A stretch of 64,000 bases of DNA from Balanoglossus misakiensis (lineage: Eukaryota; Animalia; Hemichordata): positions 6,141,129 through 6,205,128 of the forward strand of contig CM082576.2 of the NCBI GenBank assembly GCA_040954595.2. The letters are read 5' to 3'. Positions 51,101 through 64,000 of this stretch are shown here, piece after piece. Position 1 is the first letter of the stretch; each line of letters begins with the position of its first letter. The notes under the pieces are model-generated. The model was given only the letters and a program-made list of their open reading frames with translations, had not been told where the DNA came from and made no database searches. A program made the position numbers and the translations under genes.

Positions 51101-54100
51101 AGATGAGGTTGCGGGTGGGCAAATGCCAACCGACAATATCCCTGATCTTTTTAAGTTTTAGTGGAAGTTGCGAGGGATTTGACAGCCGAGCCCAGATAAG
51201 AGCAAGATGGTTACCGTGGCAACCGTTCTAAAATGGGGCTGCAAAGAGACGAATGTTGAGATGCTATCGTGGTTGAACTTTTATCTGCATCAAGGACAAG
51301 GGGGGAATGCCAGCATGCGACATGCGAGGGCTGTTTGTTGTTCTAAGTGACAACATTGGTGGCTCTTTACAATCAACATGACAGCAATGGACAACAAGCC
51401 CTGACAGCTCTCAATAACACTGCATTAGACCCATATATCTGAGATTAATAAAAGTCTGCCTTGTGTCTGTTTCAGTTACAACGCCACTGGACCACACCAG
51501 AGTCTGCAGTTGAATGAATTGGCAGAGTTCAAAAACTCAACCCTGGTTAATAATCACTGTAATTAGTACTGACAACTTAGATGCAATGTAACGATGTCCA
51601 GGAGTTGTACTTTTTACCCAATTGCTCATTCTCCACTATATCCAGACCCATTTTAGAATTGCCTGCGGGTTCAAGTATCCCTAGATGTCCTGATTATTGG
51701 GCAAATTACTTGCGTATTTTACTTAGAGGTACACTTTACAGTTTGTGTGATGGGGATCACAATCTCGCAATCACTCTTTGCATTATCCTTAAATAATAAT
51801 CACTTTTAGAAACAAGTTTAGAAGACGTACACCTTAGAAGCCCAGACAGCTTTATTTCTGATGGATTCAGATATTTTTGTTATCTCATAATCTGTATTGC
51901 AGGAGGGGAGGATAAACATGATTATTTCAATTTGGTGTGCAACTAGAACTAGGATGTTCATCCCCATTTTTGATACGACCATTATCCAACAAGATTGGTA
52001 GCTGTTTACACTGTGTCATGTACAATAAAGAGACCACCCAACGCTGGGTGACACAAACTGAAGTTGCGCCGCGTCATTTTGTGACAGCGACAGCGTGCGA
52101 GCAACCTAAAAGTGGTTCATGCGAGATAGGGACACAAAAACCGCAAAAGGATAACTCCAGGAAATCGACAATCAGGCATCAAAAATTTCCCTGTGGGTGA
52201 TATTTGAAGCGCATGCTATTGTGCGAGTCATGGGGTTGTCAAGTGACGCTATTAATAGCCAATGGCTTCCCTGGAGAGCAGAACCTGGTGGGGGGCAAAG
52301 GTCACAGGTACTGGTAAAAGCGACAGCTTTCACATGCAACACTAGATAACACGGAGGCTTAGAACTTTTAAGTTGTCCTTTTTGCCTCGTATCAGATTTC
52401 ATTACAGCTGAGTGTCTTGAGAGGTTAGATCCGCCAAGATTTCAGATCGGAGCATCTGATACAGGTGTTCATAGCAGGTGTCAGGCTCGGGATGATAATA
52501 GCGCTCATAGAAAAGTTTAAAGTTCAATACGGAATACTTCTGTGGAACGCAGAGAAAGAGAGAGAAACGAGAGAGAGAGAAAAAAACAAGGTGATTAAAG
52601 AGTGTCTGGTGAGCATATTTCATGCTTGAAAAATGGCCCGTCATCTGACACCTCACTGATACAAAGACCACTTGCTCCTCATCAACACATACATAAATTT
52701 CAGCCGTTTATAAAACACAATGCTGGTATCTATTCTTTCTGTGCTGCCTTGCTCATCGGGCGTGTCCATAGGATTCTATAGCAGAGATTTTGTTGGGGCA
52801 GAGCAAGCAGAAAGGTGTGATTATATATGTTCAATTGACAAAATCACAGCACTCATTTCATCATTAGTATAGTTGTTGAGCAGGCGTTCTTTGACTTATT
52901 CCACTGTTTTGCTCATTTGGCAGCAAAAAAACTGGATCAAGTGGTTGGCACTCATTTGCTTGAGTGATTCTGACACCATATTGGCCTGCAGTGTGTCGTA
53001 CACAAACAAACCAATGTGAAACCTGCGGTATATACATAAACAAAAAAATGTACCAGAAGTTTATAATGCCGTTTGTTGGTTTTACAGATATTTGACAGTT
53101 GAACTACTTCTTTGCCCAATTGGCACACCATTTGCACATCCTGATTGTTCCTGTGAGGTCAGGTTAAGGTCACTTTGGAGTGGCTCCCCTGATGACTGTA
53201 CACACACACACTGATACAGTTGTCTATGTACACAATGAAACCAATCCACACCAAACTCCAGTGGGGATAGTAAAACAGTTTGCTTTTCATAAGTGTTTTG
53301 TAACCCCAGACAAGTGTTTGCAATAACAGACAGGTTGCAGACTTACTGAAGGAATTGAAGATTGCTTGTGTCATTGTTGGGGAGAAATTGCTTTGTAGGT
53401 TCTAGCACAACAATCACTCAACATTGATAGAACCCAAATGTTCGATTTTCTTTCTGACTTGTAACGCACTGCACCACCAAGTGTAATGGCCCATAGAGGG
53501 CACTACTTTGAGAAAAATTCTAGTCCTTTGCAAAATTAAAAAAACACAATATTTTTGCTTTTTCCAACATAGCAAACTACTGGGGTAGTATATGGTTATA
53601 TTAGACAGTGGAAAGAAAGCAGTTAATCTCTCAATCACTGTTTTTCTTACCATTTCATTGAAAGGAAAAAAAATTGGAATGCACCGCATGTATGGACTGT
53701 ACAAGTCTGAGTACCTGCCAGCTAATCCCTCAGTTGATTGTGAACGTTTTTTTGCTGTAACTTTTGGTGTCAGAAATTTGTTTGCTGGTATTTGCCATGC
53801 ATGAGCAGTTTGTATGCTTGGTTTGCCTTTCGAAGCGTGAATGGACATGCATGCCTTTCCGTGCTTTCTATTCACGGACTATATTCACCATCATGAATAT
53901 TTTAGGGCGGAATGATCGGTTTTTATGGGACGCACATGGTAATTGTGGATTTTTCCCCCTCTTCAAAGCAGTGCGCTGCAGGGGTGCGGGGTGAAAAGTT
54001 AAGTTCCAAATCAGTGAAACCTAATGAAGCAGTGGGGTATGAGACTTTGGATGAGATGCCTAAACACATGGTGCATGCCTGCACATACAAACACACACAC

Positions 54101-55846
54101 AGATCCCAGACTCTGTATTCTGCTTTAGTTTACTGTATACAGTGCATGCATACAAAGAAACACACATACAATGTACTGATCGACACACAAAAACTTCGAC
54201 ATTCAAGGTAGTGAACCAGATGTTAACTGCATACACTCACATAACTGATAATGTGTAAATTAGCTGTTAATTTTTGCATGTAGATAATTCCCTATTATAC
54301 CTACACTGTACCTATAAAAAAAACCAGTGCCTCTAGCTGGTTTCATAAAATTATATGGCAATCTTTTGTCAAGGAATGGAATTATTTTGAGATGTAACTT
54401 TTATGAAAAAAGGTTAAAGAACCCAACAACATAAAGAATAGATGAACAAATGAGTGTATGGTAAAAGTACAGCCGATATCAGAAGCAGCAGATAGGGAAA
54501 TCGATGAATACAGTATAATATGAGAAAAACTTGTCAATTATTAAAGCAGTCACTCTGAAGTACAAATCCAGTTGACACGATCAGCTAATGTTCATTTTGT
54601 TATCTTGCAGCTGTCAAATCCATATCTGTATGCATGGTTGCGCTAGTCGCGCTAAAATTTGCCGATCAGAACACAAACATCATAAATTTCACATACTGAG
54701 CCTTGAGCAGCTCACTACTTATTCATCAGGTAGAAAAGTATAAAATATTTACATCATATTTTTTTCCGATCCATTTTGATATCAAACAGTAACTTGCACG
54801 GTCTTGCTATAATTATCCTTGCTTCATTTCACAGTCCATATTTCGTAATGGTCAATGGTGTTTAATATAAAATATAAGACTGTAGGTATATATTGGACTG
54901 TAGGTTTAATTGCCGTATTGGTGTTCTACCTATGCAAATTTAGGTAGTAGCAGATTATTTGACAGTTGCATGCAAGTGGTTAACCAAGCTAGTCTTAACT
55001 GCTAGAAGTATAGATAAGGCAATAATAACAGTTCACCCTCTTGACAGCTAGGATGAGGGCAAGCGCTTCTCACCACAACCATCAGGTCACGATAACTGCT
55101 GACAGACTCTCCTGTGCAAAACACTTTGACTCCAGCAGGAATCATTACACGCCCACCATGTAAACAGATGAGGTACACTTGCAACAAAGTTGACAAGCCG
55201 TGATATTCATGCAACTATCCAGTTGTGCGTAAAAGCTTGTACAGTATATCTACATGCAGCCCTACATCTGTGTCACATTAGATATACTGTTTCAAATCAC
55301 CGTCCATCATTACTTGATAGAAGTCCGACATGATCTCCACTGGATCCGGCTGACAGACCGCCACTGCGTTAATTTCGGTGGCAATCACGCCGTATCACCA
55401 CGGTGACACAAATCATTCGCTCTGGCGCAGAAGTCTGAGTGTGGCTGGAGTTCATAAAGTGAAAAGCGTAACACCATAAACCGGTGATAAAAGGATCGAG
55501 GCCCGACTTTGCCCTACCTGATTGCCCTGCACTGATAGTCACAAAAATTTCACTCTCTTTAATTGGATCTTATATAGTTCCCTAAACTTGCTGTAAATAA
55601 AGATTTTATTTTCCTGGATTAAACACACAGAAAAGCGGGATTAGACAACATTTACTGACATCAGTAAATTAAGAGCTGACCTCTAGTTAAAGAACTGGAA
55701 ATAAATTTCTCAGGATGACTGAACCTAATAGGCCAATGACATTCTGAGTTGATAGGTTAGAAGTTGAGTTGAAAATAAAACATTTGGAATTTACTGAATG
55801 TAGGAATGGGGTACCGGTAATTTCCAACATAAGCAACTTGTACAAA

Positions 55847-55849
<3 letters not shown>

Positions 55850-55879
<30 letters not shown>

Positions 55880-55911
55880 CATCATCATCATCACCATCAC
55901 AACATCACCGC

Positions 55912-55976
<65 letters not shown>

Positions 55977-56054
55977 CCACCACCACCACCACCACCATAA
56001 CACCACCATCACAACCACCGCCAACACCACTAACATCATCATCATCATCATCAT
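55850..56054. repeat. (CAT)n/(CAC)n compound trinucleotide microsatellite
   Basis: Long CAT runs interrupted by CAC/CAA tracts. It produces the poly-His/Ile/Thr/Ser ORF at 55769-56161. Confidence 0.97.
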
Positions 56055-59000
56055 TGAGGTTGCATATAGTTCAGTGCTACAATGGGTTAATTAATTCACT
56101 GGCTGCCTTCTCTGGTGCCCACAGGATTATAGTCAGGGGTCGTTTTTTTCCATGCCCATAGTGTCGTTGTCTTAAGGGTACATCCAAATTTGACAACTGG
56201 GTTCAACTCTTCTAGGATATTGCCTATAAATTTAACCTGATTACTGATCATACGCAAATTGGATTAAGTCCGGTGCGTCGTATAATACGCATTGGTCGCT
56301 GGAAGCTGTCGTACGTCCTCCAACCAATTTAATTACTGATTTACCGAAAATAAAGTCAGCTTCTACTGCAGTGTTAGCTGCAGGGCAGAGATGATCAGAC
56401 ACCTAGATAAATACTGTTTCAGACATGCTGCATCATGTTTGTGTGTAACGAGGGATCTGTCAAGCTGAACCCCCATCGGCATTTAAAAGGACAATTAATG
56501 TCCAAAAAACCAAATCTAGCTTCCTTTAATATAACCCAGCGCTGACACCCCCCCCCCTCCCGAATCTTAGAGACCTCGTTCTTATATACACTTGAGAGCA
56601 CATGTGTATCTGTTCTCTGATCATTACATTTAATCACCCAGAAAGACATTGGTTATCACCGTCCTGATTATATGTTAGCTGTTGTCTCGATAAAGGTGAA
56701 AAATTATCGTCTCTCAAATTAGCCATAATTACACTGCTCAGTGACTATATAAAAACACAATGTATAGCACTGTTTTTCTGAGTCGCTCGCATGGTCGACC
56801 GGTGATGTAAGCACCAGATGTATCAATATAATTGGTAGTCGTGCTTTAAATTAAGGTTCAATGAATGGGAATTACCAGGCACAGATGTTGAAAAGTCCAG
56901 ATAAATTTCCACTCTTTGTTGTATTGCATGCCTATGTGGTGATCGAATCATTCTCAAACTGAAAAGAAACTGCAGTAATTAGGACTGCCCTTTCATAGTT
57001 TTTTCTTGTAAAAAAGCAATGCAGTGTTAACCAAGACTGAAGACACATTTTTATTGCTAATTTTAATTTAAAATGTTGCTGAATTTGATAATAATTTAAT
57101 TCTCTTATTTGCTGCTAGTAACAATATATCCAATCTATAATTTTCATAAGACCTCCTTGCCCTATACTTAGCCTTTCTTTAGCCAAAGTTTGAAACTGAG
57201 TTTTTCAGTGTATAATGTCATCTAGAAGACACAAATAATACATTGAGATATTTAGGTTGGCCGCAAAGCAATAGCGCTGCTGGCACTGTTGCTACCGGTT
57301 GTCTTAATGATAATGATGACATGACTAGTACATGACTGGTAGTATATATCAAGCAATTTCACCACAAGATGGATTACAGGCACAGCATAAACTATGCAAT
57401 ACGTCATTCCACATGTGGTCCAATATACCCTGAAGCCAATCACACATATATAAAACACAGCTGGAAGCATTAAGGTGAATACTGACCACATTTGTACGCA
57501 CAACTTTATCTTGCATTGGTAACAGTGAAAGGGCCTTCTGCACACTAACTCAACTGTGAGCCAATGCATGCATGAAACAAGTTTATTGCTTCCCAAGTGA
57601 TATCAGAGGATCAACAGAAGATTTCATGACAAAGAGAGCTATTTTCAAACTTGTTGATGTGTTTGGAATACAAAAAGGTGTGTGTGGTTAGCTGTTATCA
57701 AACAGCAATTTAACCTCCAGAAATGCTGTCAACATGAGTGGTCGGTGTTTTATTAGCTGTCAATTGAACTGTGAGGGCCGATGCCAAGGCCAACCTCAAA
57801 GACTTCAGAGCGGTTGCCAAGCTTTTGGTAATATCGATAGCTTCTAGGTTGGAGAATATGTGGCTGCAAACATCAAAGTTACAAAAGGTGTTGACTGTTG
57901 TTGGCCAGCAGTTGTATACACACAGTTTTGAGACAGTGATTTTATCATTAATATGGAAAGGATAGGGAATGTTAATTGTTTTTAAATTTAAAAAAAGGCG
58001 TGACAGATAGAGATAGTGATCGACTGTGAGTGTGTAAAAAGTAGACTCAGATCATGGAATGAAATTAAATGAAAAAACAATACATTCCTGCAGAAGTTGG
58101 CTCTTTCTCATTGTGTTCAAATTTCAATGATTGGATTAACGTTCTTGCTTAACCTTTAATACATCCATACCTTCTATTATTGATTGTGTTTCTCAAGTCA
58201 AAATTGTCTTTGACATTTATTTCTGTGGATGCGTGTTAATCACCGTTTGTTTTGCTTATACATCTGTAAAAATGAGCCTCCGCATGGATTGTGTTCCCGA
58301 GGGATATTCCTCCTAAATAATAAATAGACTATATTCATAAGCACGTCACAATGCATGCATCCGATCTTTTTTGATTTAAAGCACTGAGACGTGTCCTTTA
58401 ATCTGTTTCTGGTTTAAATTCACAATGTTTTCAGAGCACTAGCTGACATCATTTCTAGTTGTGATACTCTAAGCGCACCGGGGTGGTTTCCAAGAGCCCT
58501 GATGGATTCCTCGGTGTTTTCTCATCATCATTCATAACACTGCTTCATCAACCCAGCCCCATTCAGAGTTCAGACTATCCTATTTTATGCTCCGGGGGAT
58601 TGAGTGGGACGCAAATATCTCTCAGTACCTGTTGGAGCCAGTGGATTCAAAGAGTATAGTTTACAGCCATGAGACAGGTGAATGAGTTGTCGCTTTTGTT
58701 CGTCTTTCGTGAATTTTTATACGTGAATTGAGTTCAAAGTCTTTGCGTATCATTTACATGTACATATCATATTACATGTCCAAACCACCAATCGGCAAGC
58801 ATTTTTACGGGGCATTTGCATGTTGATTTGATGCAAATCTCTCCGTACATGTACAAGGTGAATTCAACCAGTGGGTTTCTCTTGGATTTCAAACAGACAT
58901 GTCCGCGAGCACAGAAATACAAGACTCAGTGTGTATTACTCTTTTATGCAAGTTTCTTGAGAATGACTGCTATGTGATTTTTGGTACATATTAAAGTGAA

Positions 59001-60642
59001 CATTTGCCCTTTTTTTCTTCTCAAATGAAGGAAAAATAATCCAATGTCGAGCGATTTGTCTCCTTATAAGTGCAGATAAGTGCAGCCACATGGTTGCAAG
59101 TGTTTATACTTGTCAGTGATGAAAGTACATCATCCCCGCTTACATACAAAATTTACCCAGAGTTGAATTGTCACATGCCTTGCAAATCTTGACGAGTTCG
59201 GCTATATGAAGCCACTCCAGGAAAGTACTTGCAAGTCCTTGAAAAAGGAATTTTTACTCTTGGAAAAAACTTGTTGTCCCAAAATAGATCAGCATTTTTG
59301 AGTCAATCTAATTGACCTTCCAAACAAGATAGTTCCTGCATGTGCATTTATGTTTATATGTACGCCATTCTGAGTTACTGGGGAGTAAATTGCCACAGTT
59401 TATGGGTTTTACATCCCATCCAGTCCGTTTATGCACACCAAGAGGCTGACAAGATACAAGTAACTGTCACTTCTACAACCTTGCTCTGCCTTCATATACC
59501 GGTACATAATGAACAGTTGCTGCCATGCACACTGATTCTTTTTTAAAGTGGTGCGTCATATATCCAGATTCTTGCATTGTGTATGACCAAAAATAATCCA
59601 AATTATTCTACTTCAATTCTTCTCTTGTTACTCCAAAGTCATATAATCTTCCTCCATCCTGCCATCAATATTGATGTTTCCCTCTGGGCATATTCCAGAC
59701 TGATTGCGCCGCTGAATTAAACATCAAACACCCCGCCATATGAAACTCCCCCACCCCCACCCCCCAAATTACAATTATTAACATATAATCAAGTGGTTGG
59801 GAAGTCTAATTTCCAGGATCAGTAATGTGACCGTTAGATTGGCGAAGAGTCACTCAATACCCCTGAGAAAATTGGCTTCTTAATAATTAGCATCTTTGTG
59901 TTTGGCTGTTATTGTTACCGAACTAAGATGGCACAACAGCGAGACAGTCATATTGCCACAGAAGAAGGACTATATTTCAAAAGCTCCTGTAGAGATAACA
60001 AACTAGCTCTTATTCGATTAAACTTCTATCAAATTGTACCTATTGAGAGAGACTCCAATAACATCATGATCAAAAAGTTCCCCTACAAGTACAACAGAGA
60101 TTTCCCATTTAAAGTATTGAATATTTAACAGTCAGGCTTATTTTAATGTCAATCAAAACCCTGAGGCTTGCCACTAAAAGAAAGAGAGAGAATTATTTGG
60201 CTGCCAAAATTCAAACATCCAAAATGCCATCAGAAATGTCCTCCTTTCTCAAAATACTGAAAATGTGAAACAACAACTTACAATAATTTCAAGTGACAGC
60301 AAACTTTATTACAAGAACACAGGGCACTGCAATAACCAATCAATCATGCCATCTATATGAACTTTCTTTAGTACTTTCTCAGAAATTGAATTTTCAGTGC
60401 ATTATTAAGTTCAATGGGATCATCATTTTTTTAATGGATGACAAAGCAATATCATGTAGCTTCATTGTACTAAATATAAATGGTCCCTGCTTAATAACTA
60501 CAGGAAATTATTAATATTTTTGAAGTAACCGTAAGATGGCGATGACTCATCAATAATCAGAATGCCAATGATACCTTCAATACATGCATGGGACTGCAGT
60601 GATGTGATTTTTGGTGTGTACCTTATATTCCTGTCTATAAAG

Positions 60643-60886
60643 GCTTGAATCTAAACCAGCGCAAATTGAGGAGAAGGTTTCAAAATTGTTTTATGACAGA
60701 GACAGGGAGGAATTAGAACGGAAAATACAATTTGAGCTCCAGAAAATGAAATTTGATGTTCTTTCAAATGTGGAAATTGTGCCAATTTCCAGACGAGTGT
60801 GGAAAGAATTGCTTCAATCTCCGGCGAAATGCGCCAAGGAATCGCTCCAGTCCCCGGCAAAATCAATAAAGCAGCCAATTTTGTAA
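60643..60886 (+). other. Candidate orphan coding exon or gene remnant (~80 codons, charged helical segment plus two LQSPAK repeats)
   Basis: Open frame LESKPAQIEEKVSKLFYDRDREELERKIQFELQKMKF...QPIL* follows a possible acceptor (ccttatattcctgtctataaag, ending 60642). An internal 27-nt duplication differs mostly at synonymous sites. Confidence 0.35.
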
Positions 60887-63800
60887 TAGTATTATAATAT
60901 CTACTCGTAGTGCAGGAAAGGTCAGGCTGTGCCAATGAAATGAGTGGCACGCAAAATGACACTACAAATCCAGAGTTCACGCTCTAAAAGTATGATCAAT
61001 ATGAACATGCATATTTACGGTGAAGTGTGATTTCTGTCGAAGAGGACAAAAGCAAGAGAGTGCAATTGGGGTTTGGCGCCGAAGTCTCCAGTGGAATCTG
61101 CGGGAAAGTGGGAAAGCGGTTGCGTGGAAAGTGGATGGGAGAGTGTCACTTCAATTGAATGCAGGATAAATTGCAAACTAATTGAACAGGTTTCATTTGC
61201 ACGTAGCAATTTCCTGTGGAAGTCCAAGCTGAGGAAATTTCATTGTGAGAATTCGCCGTGTTGAAAATCGGCTACAAGGGTATACCCAAAGTAAACATTC
61301 AGTTTCCTGGGGCTGGCGCACTGATATTTTTGTGGCGTCAAAGAATCCATGGCAGCAGAAATATGAAAGAATAAAAGTGGCAATATTTTGTAACTTTCAT
61401 AAGATCAAATTATCGGCCATGTCCAATAGAAAGTTGCACGATTCACTAAGGTGCGGTACGTGCAGCCCCAAATTAACGACACAATGAACAAGTTGCCATT
61501 TATAAATGAAAAGCTTTATGACATGATCTCTGGACACGAAGCTTGACTTTCAGTTGCTATGACAACCATTTTGTTATTCCCAGAAGAGAAGCTTTCCGGC
61601 AAGTAGAGATCAGTCAGATTTTTTTTTCTCAACGCATTTTAGCCACAGTTTGCATAATGGCAGAGGCAGACAATGACACTCTTATCAGAATTTCACAAAG
61701 GTTGATATCGGCATGCCATGTTAAAATGCAAACGAAGTGTTGTGCGGACTACCAATTGACAACCCCATTTTATTTATCTATCAGTATCAAGTAAAAAAAA
61801 ATGATAACAGCCCAGAAGATCAGAATGTCAAAATTGCACGAGTCAATACACCGGTGAATTTTTAAAAAGAAACTGAGTTTACAGAGACTGATAGAACATG
61901 CACACAAGTCATTCCTTTAATTGTTCGCTTTCTCAATAGGTTATGTAGAGACACTGTGACATGTGAAGATGAAACAGAGTAGATTTCCACAATGCCATCA
62001 ATCACTGTAACCAAGAACGGCCTCACAAAAAGCCATTACATCATGGACTAATCCCCAGGCCTGCATGAATTAAAAATCATCTAAATTATGCAGGAAAATG
62101 GGACAGAAAAAAAAATAGAACACTTGTTCCGGAGGGTGATCAGTTGAAGTATTTTACTGGTAGTTTAATGTTTATAGAGAACTTTTTTTCTGTCAATACT
62201 AAGGGGGGGGGGGGGGTAAAGAATGAAATCAGCATTTTTTTATCACACCCTTCAGGTGGGGAGTTCTAGAGTTTCATTCATTTTCTATAGGGGCAATGGT
62301 CATATTCTTTGCACTTGCAAAGTTTTAAAACTGTCCATTTTCCTCTTAGCTCATTAAAGCAAATTCAAGATATCTCTTCTTAAAAACTGCCAATCATTCA
62401 CGAAAACTTTGAACATTACAGTTCTGTGCTGCATCATGTCTGTATACCATCATTTTATGCATCAGACTGAAAGTACATATTATGTCAGCCAAAACCTATT
62501 TTGAAATGGAGGTTTTGATAAAAATGAAATATTTATGTATTTATTGCTGCCTTATTGAAAAATATTCCAGCAAGCAGCTTCAGGAGGTCACAAATGTTAG
62601 ATGAACATTTATTCTTTAAAGTCTCTGAGGAACAATTACTGTGCTGTTCCGCTATCGCCCAGCTTCATTGACTGCAGAAAAAGAGCAAAACTAGAGATGT
62701 TTTGAAATAACATGAACAGAGGGTTGGGGGTTTTGGGCTGTGTTTTTTTCAATGATACAAAAGGTTGATGTAAAATAAAACGATAGAGAGCTAAAATGGG
62801 TAAAAAGAGATAAACCTTGGGAAAAAGAGAAATAAAAGAAATGCAAGTCTTTCATTCAATGTGTGGACTCAAATATTTGTGGTAACAAATGAGAATGAGA
62901 AAATCGAGAAATTGGGTAAATGAAACTGAACGAAACTTTGAATAATCGACATCAAAGCTGAGATTGAGAATGCTTATGTCAAATGGAGAGTGGGCATATA
63001 CCGGTAGCTATCCATCCTACCACATCAGATACTGTGTCTTGCCAGGGGTTAGTGTACTACCTCTCAGATATCCTAATGGCATTTTTGAGGGGCTTATGTT
63101 CTGTGCATCTGGGAATGACACTAAAGGCTAGCCAGAAGGTTAGTAGGAAACCCTTAATCACTTAACTTGATTTGACCAGAAAACACAAAAATACCATTCG
63201 GCTGCCACGCACATTACCGCAGCATTTCACGTTATAAATAGATTTAGATAATTGGCAAAAATGGCCATTATAGCCGAGTTGTGTATTTTTGTAACGAGAT
63301 TCAATCACTGTCAGAAGAATCACAAAAAAAACCTGCCTCCTCCGAGATTAGATGTGTCTTGAAGGTTGTAAATATGCAACAGTATTTCAGAAGTACAAGA
63401 AATTGCACTATAATGCCATGAGTACACTGATAATTTAAAGTCTCTATCTTTCCGCCAACAACCACTGATTCATGCCATTATCAGGCTTTTACCAAAGCTG
63501 TCAAGCTGAGAATTTCAAAAAAATTGATTGTTCAAAAGTGCCAAGTTACTGTTCAGTATCATTGAAACTCCACTTTGCATTTCATCCAATCAATATCAAT
63601 ATTTCAGTCAGTTAAATCTAGAATAGAGAAAAAAAATCAGTCATATCCGAGTTATGACTTTTTATTCCTGAAAAAAAGAATCATTATTTTCTCTGCAAAG
63701 CTTACATCAAACCGTACAGCCCAGGACCAAAACATAATCAAAGCGGTGAATGGAGTTGCTGTGAAAACACAATGCTCTATTACAGTTGTTTTTCACATCA

Positions 63801-64000
63801 CTGACTGAGCAGCAGATGTCCGCATCCGATTTGGAGAGTGTAATTTAATTATTCATATGGGAAGATGGCAATCCTTCTGCTGAAACAACATCAGCTACTT
63901 CAACAACTGTCTTTCCTAGTAATTGCAGCATAGATTGTCTTTTTTCATAAAACTGAAGTTCCTGGGATTTTATATTTGCCAGAATGTTGGGTGCAAGATG

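Noticed and set aside
51476-51545. Acceptor plus open frame as possible LRR exon 2
   Set aside because: The peptide lacks the LxxLxLxxN pattern and the donor is weak and in the wrong phase. Other acceptor-like sites (43463, 48477, 54610) also fail.
53414-53875. 153-aa minus-strand ORF
   Set aside because: Composition typical of random AT-rich DNA; no domain or splice support.
55769-56161. Poly-His/Ile/Thr ORF
   Set aside because: Artefact of the (CAT)n microsatellite.

Overview
AT-rich animal (metazoan) genomic DNA with GT-AG introns; the gene content and mosaic CpG pattern suggest a marine invertebrate deuterostome, which is an inference. The first 15 kb is gene-dense. COA4 (twin Cx9C complex IV assembly factor, minus strand, 2 coding exons) lies head-to-head with a canonical DTD2/ATD (Animalia-specific tRNA deacylase). 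Two more intact, same-strand ATD paralogs follow, with the same 3-exon structure. The paralogs have progressively remodelled active-site signatures: PQATL becomes PQSTL, the conserved Arg of GNRQ becomes Lys, three residues are added before the Gly-Pro motif, and copy 3 has lost the Pro of Gly-Pro. This tandem ATD array is the most interesting system in the window. At 20.6 kb, exon 1 of a signal-peptide plus LRR N-cap protein opens a phase-2 intron for which I find no convincing LRR exon in the remaining 43 kb. That stretch is CpG-depleted and holds microsatellites, transposon-like remnants and one candidate orphan coding exon (~60.6-60.9 kb). A ~120-bp foldback sits between ATD copies 1 and 2. 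I recognised no tRNA, rRNA or CRISPR. All homology calls come from recalled family motifs, not database searches.
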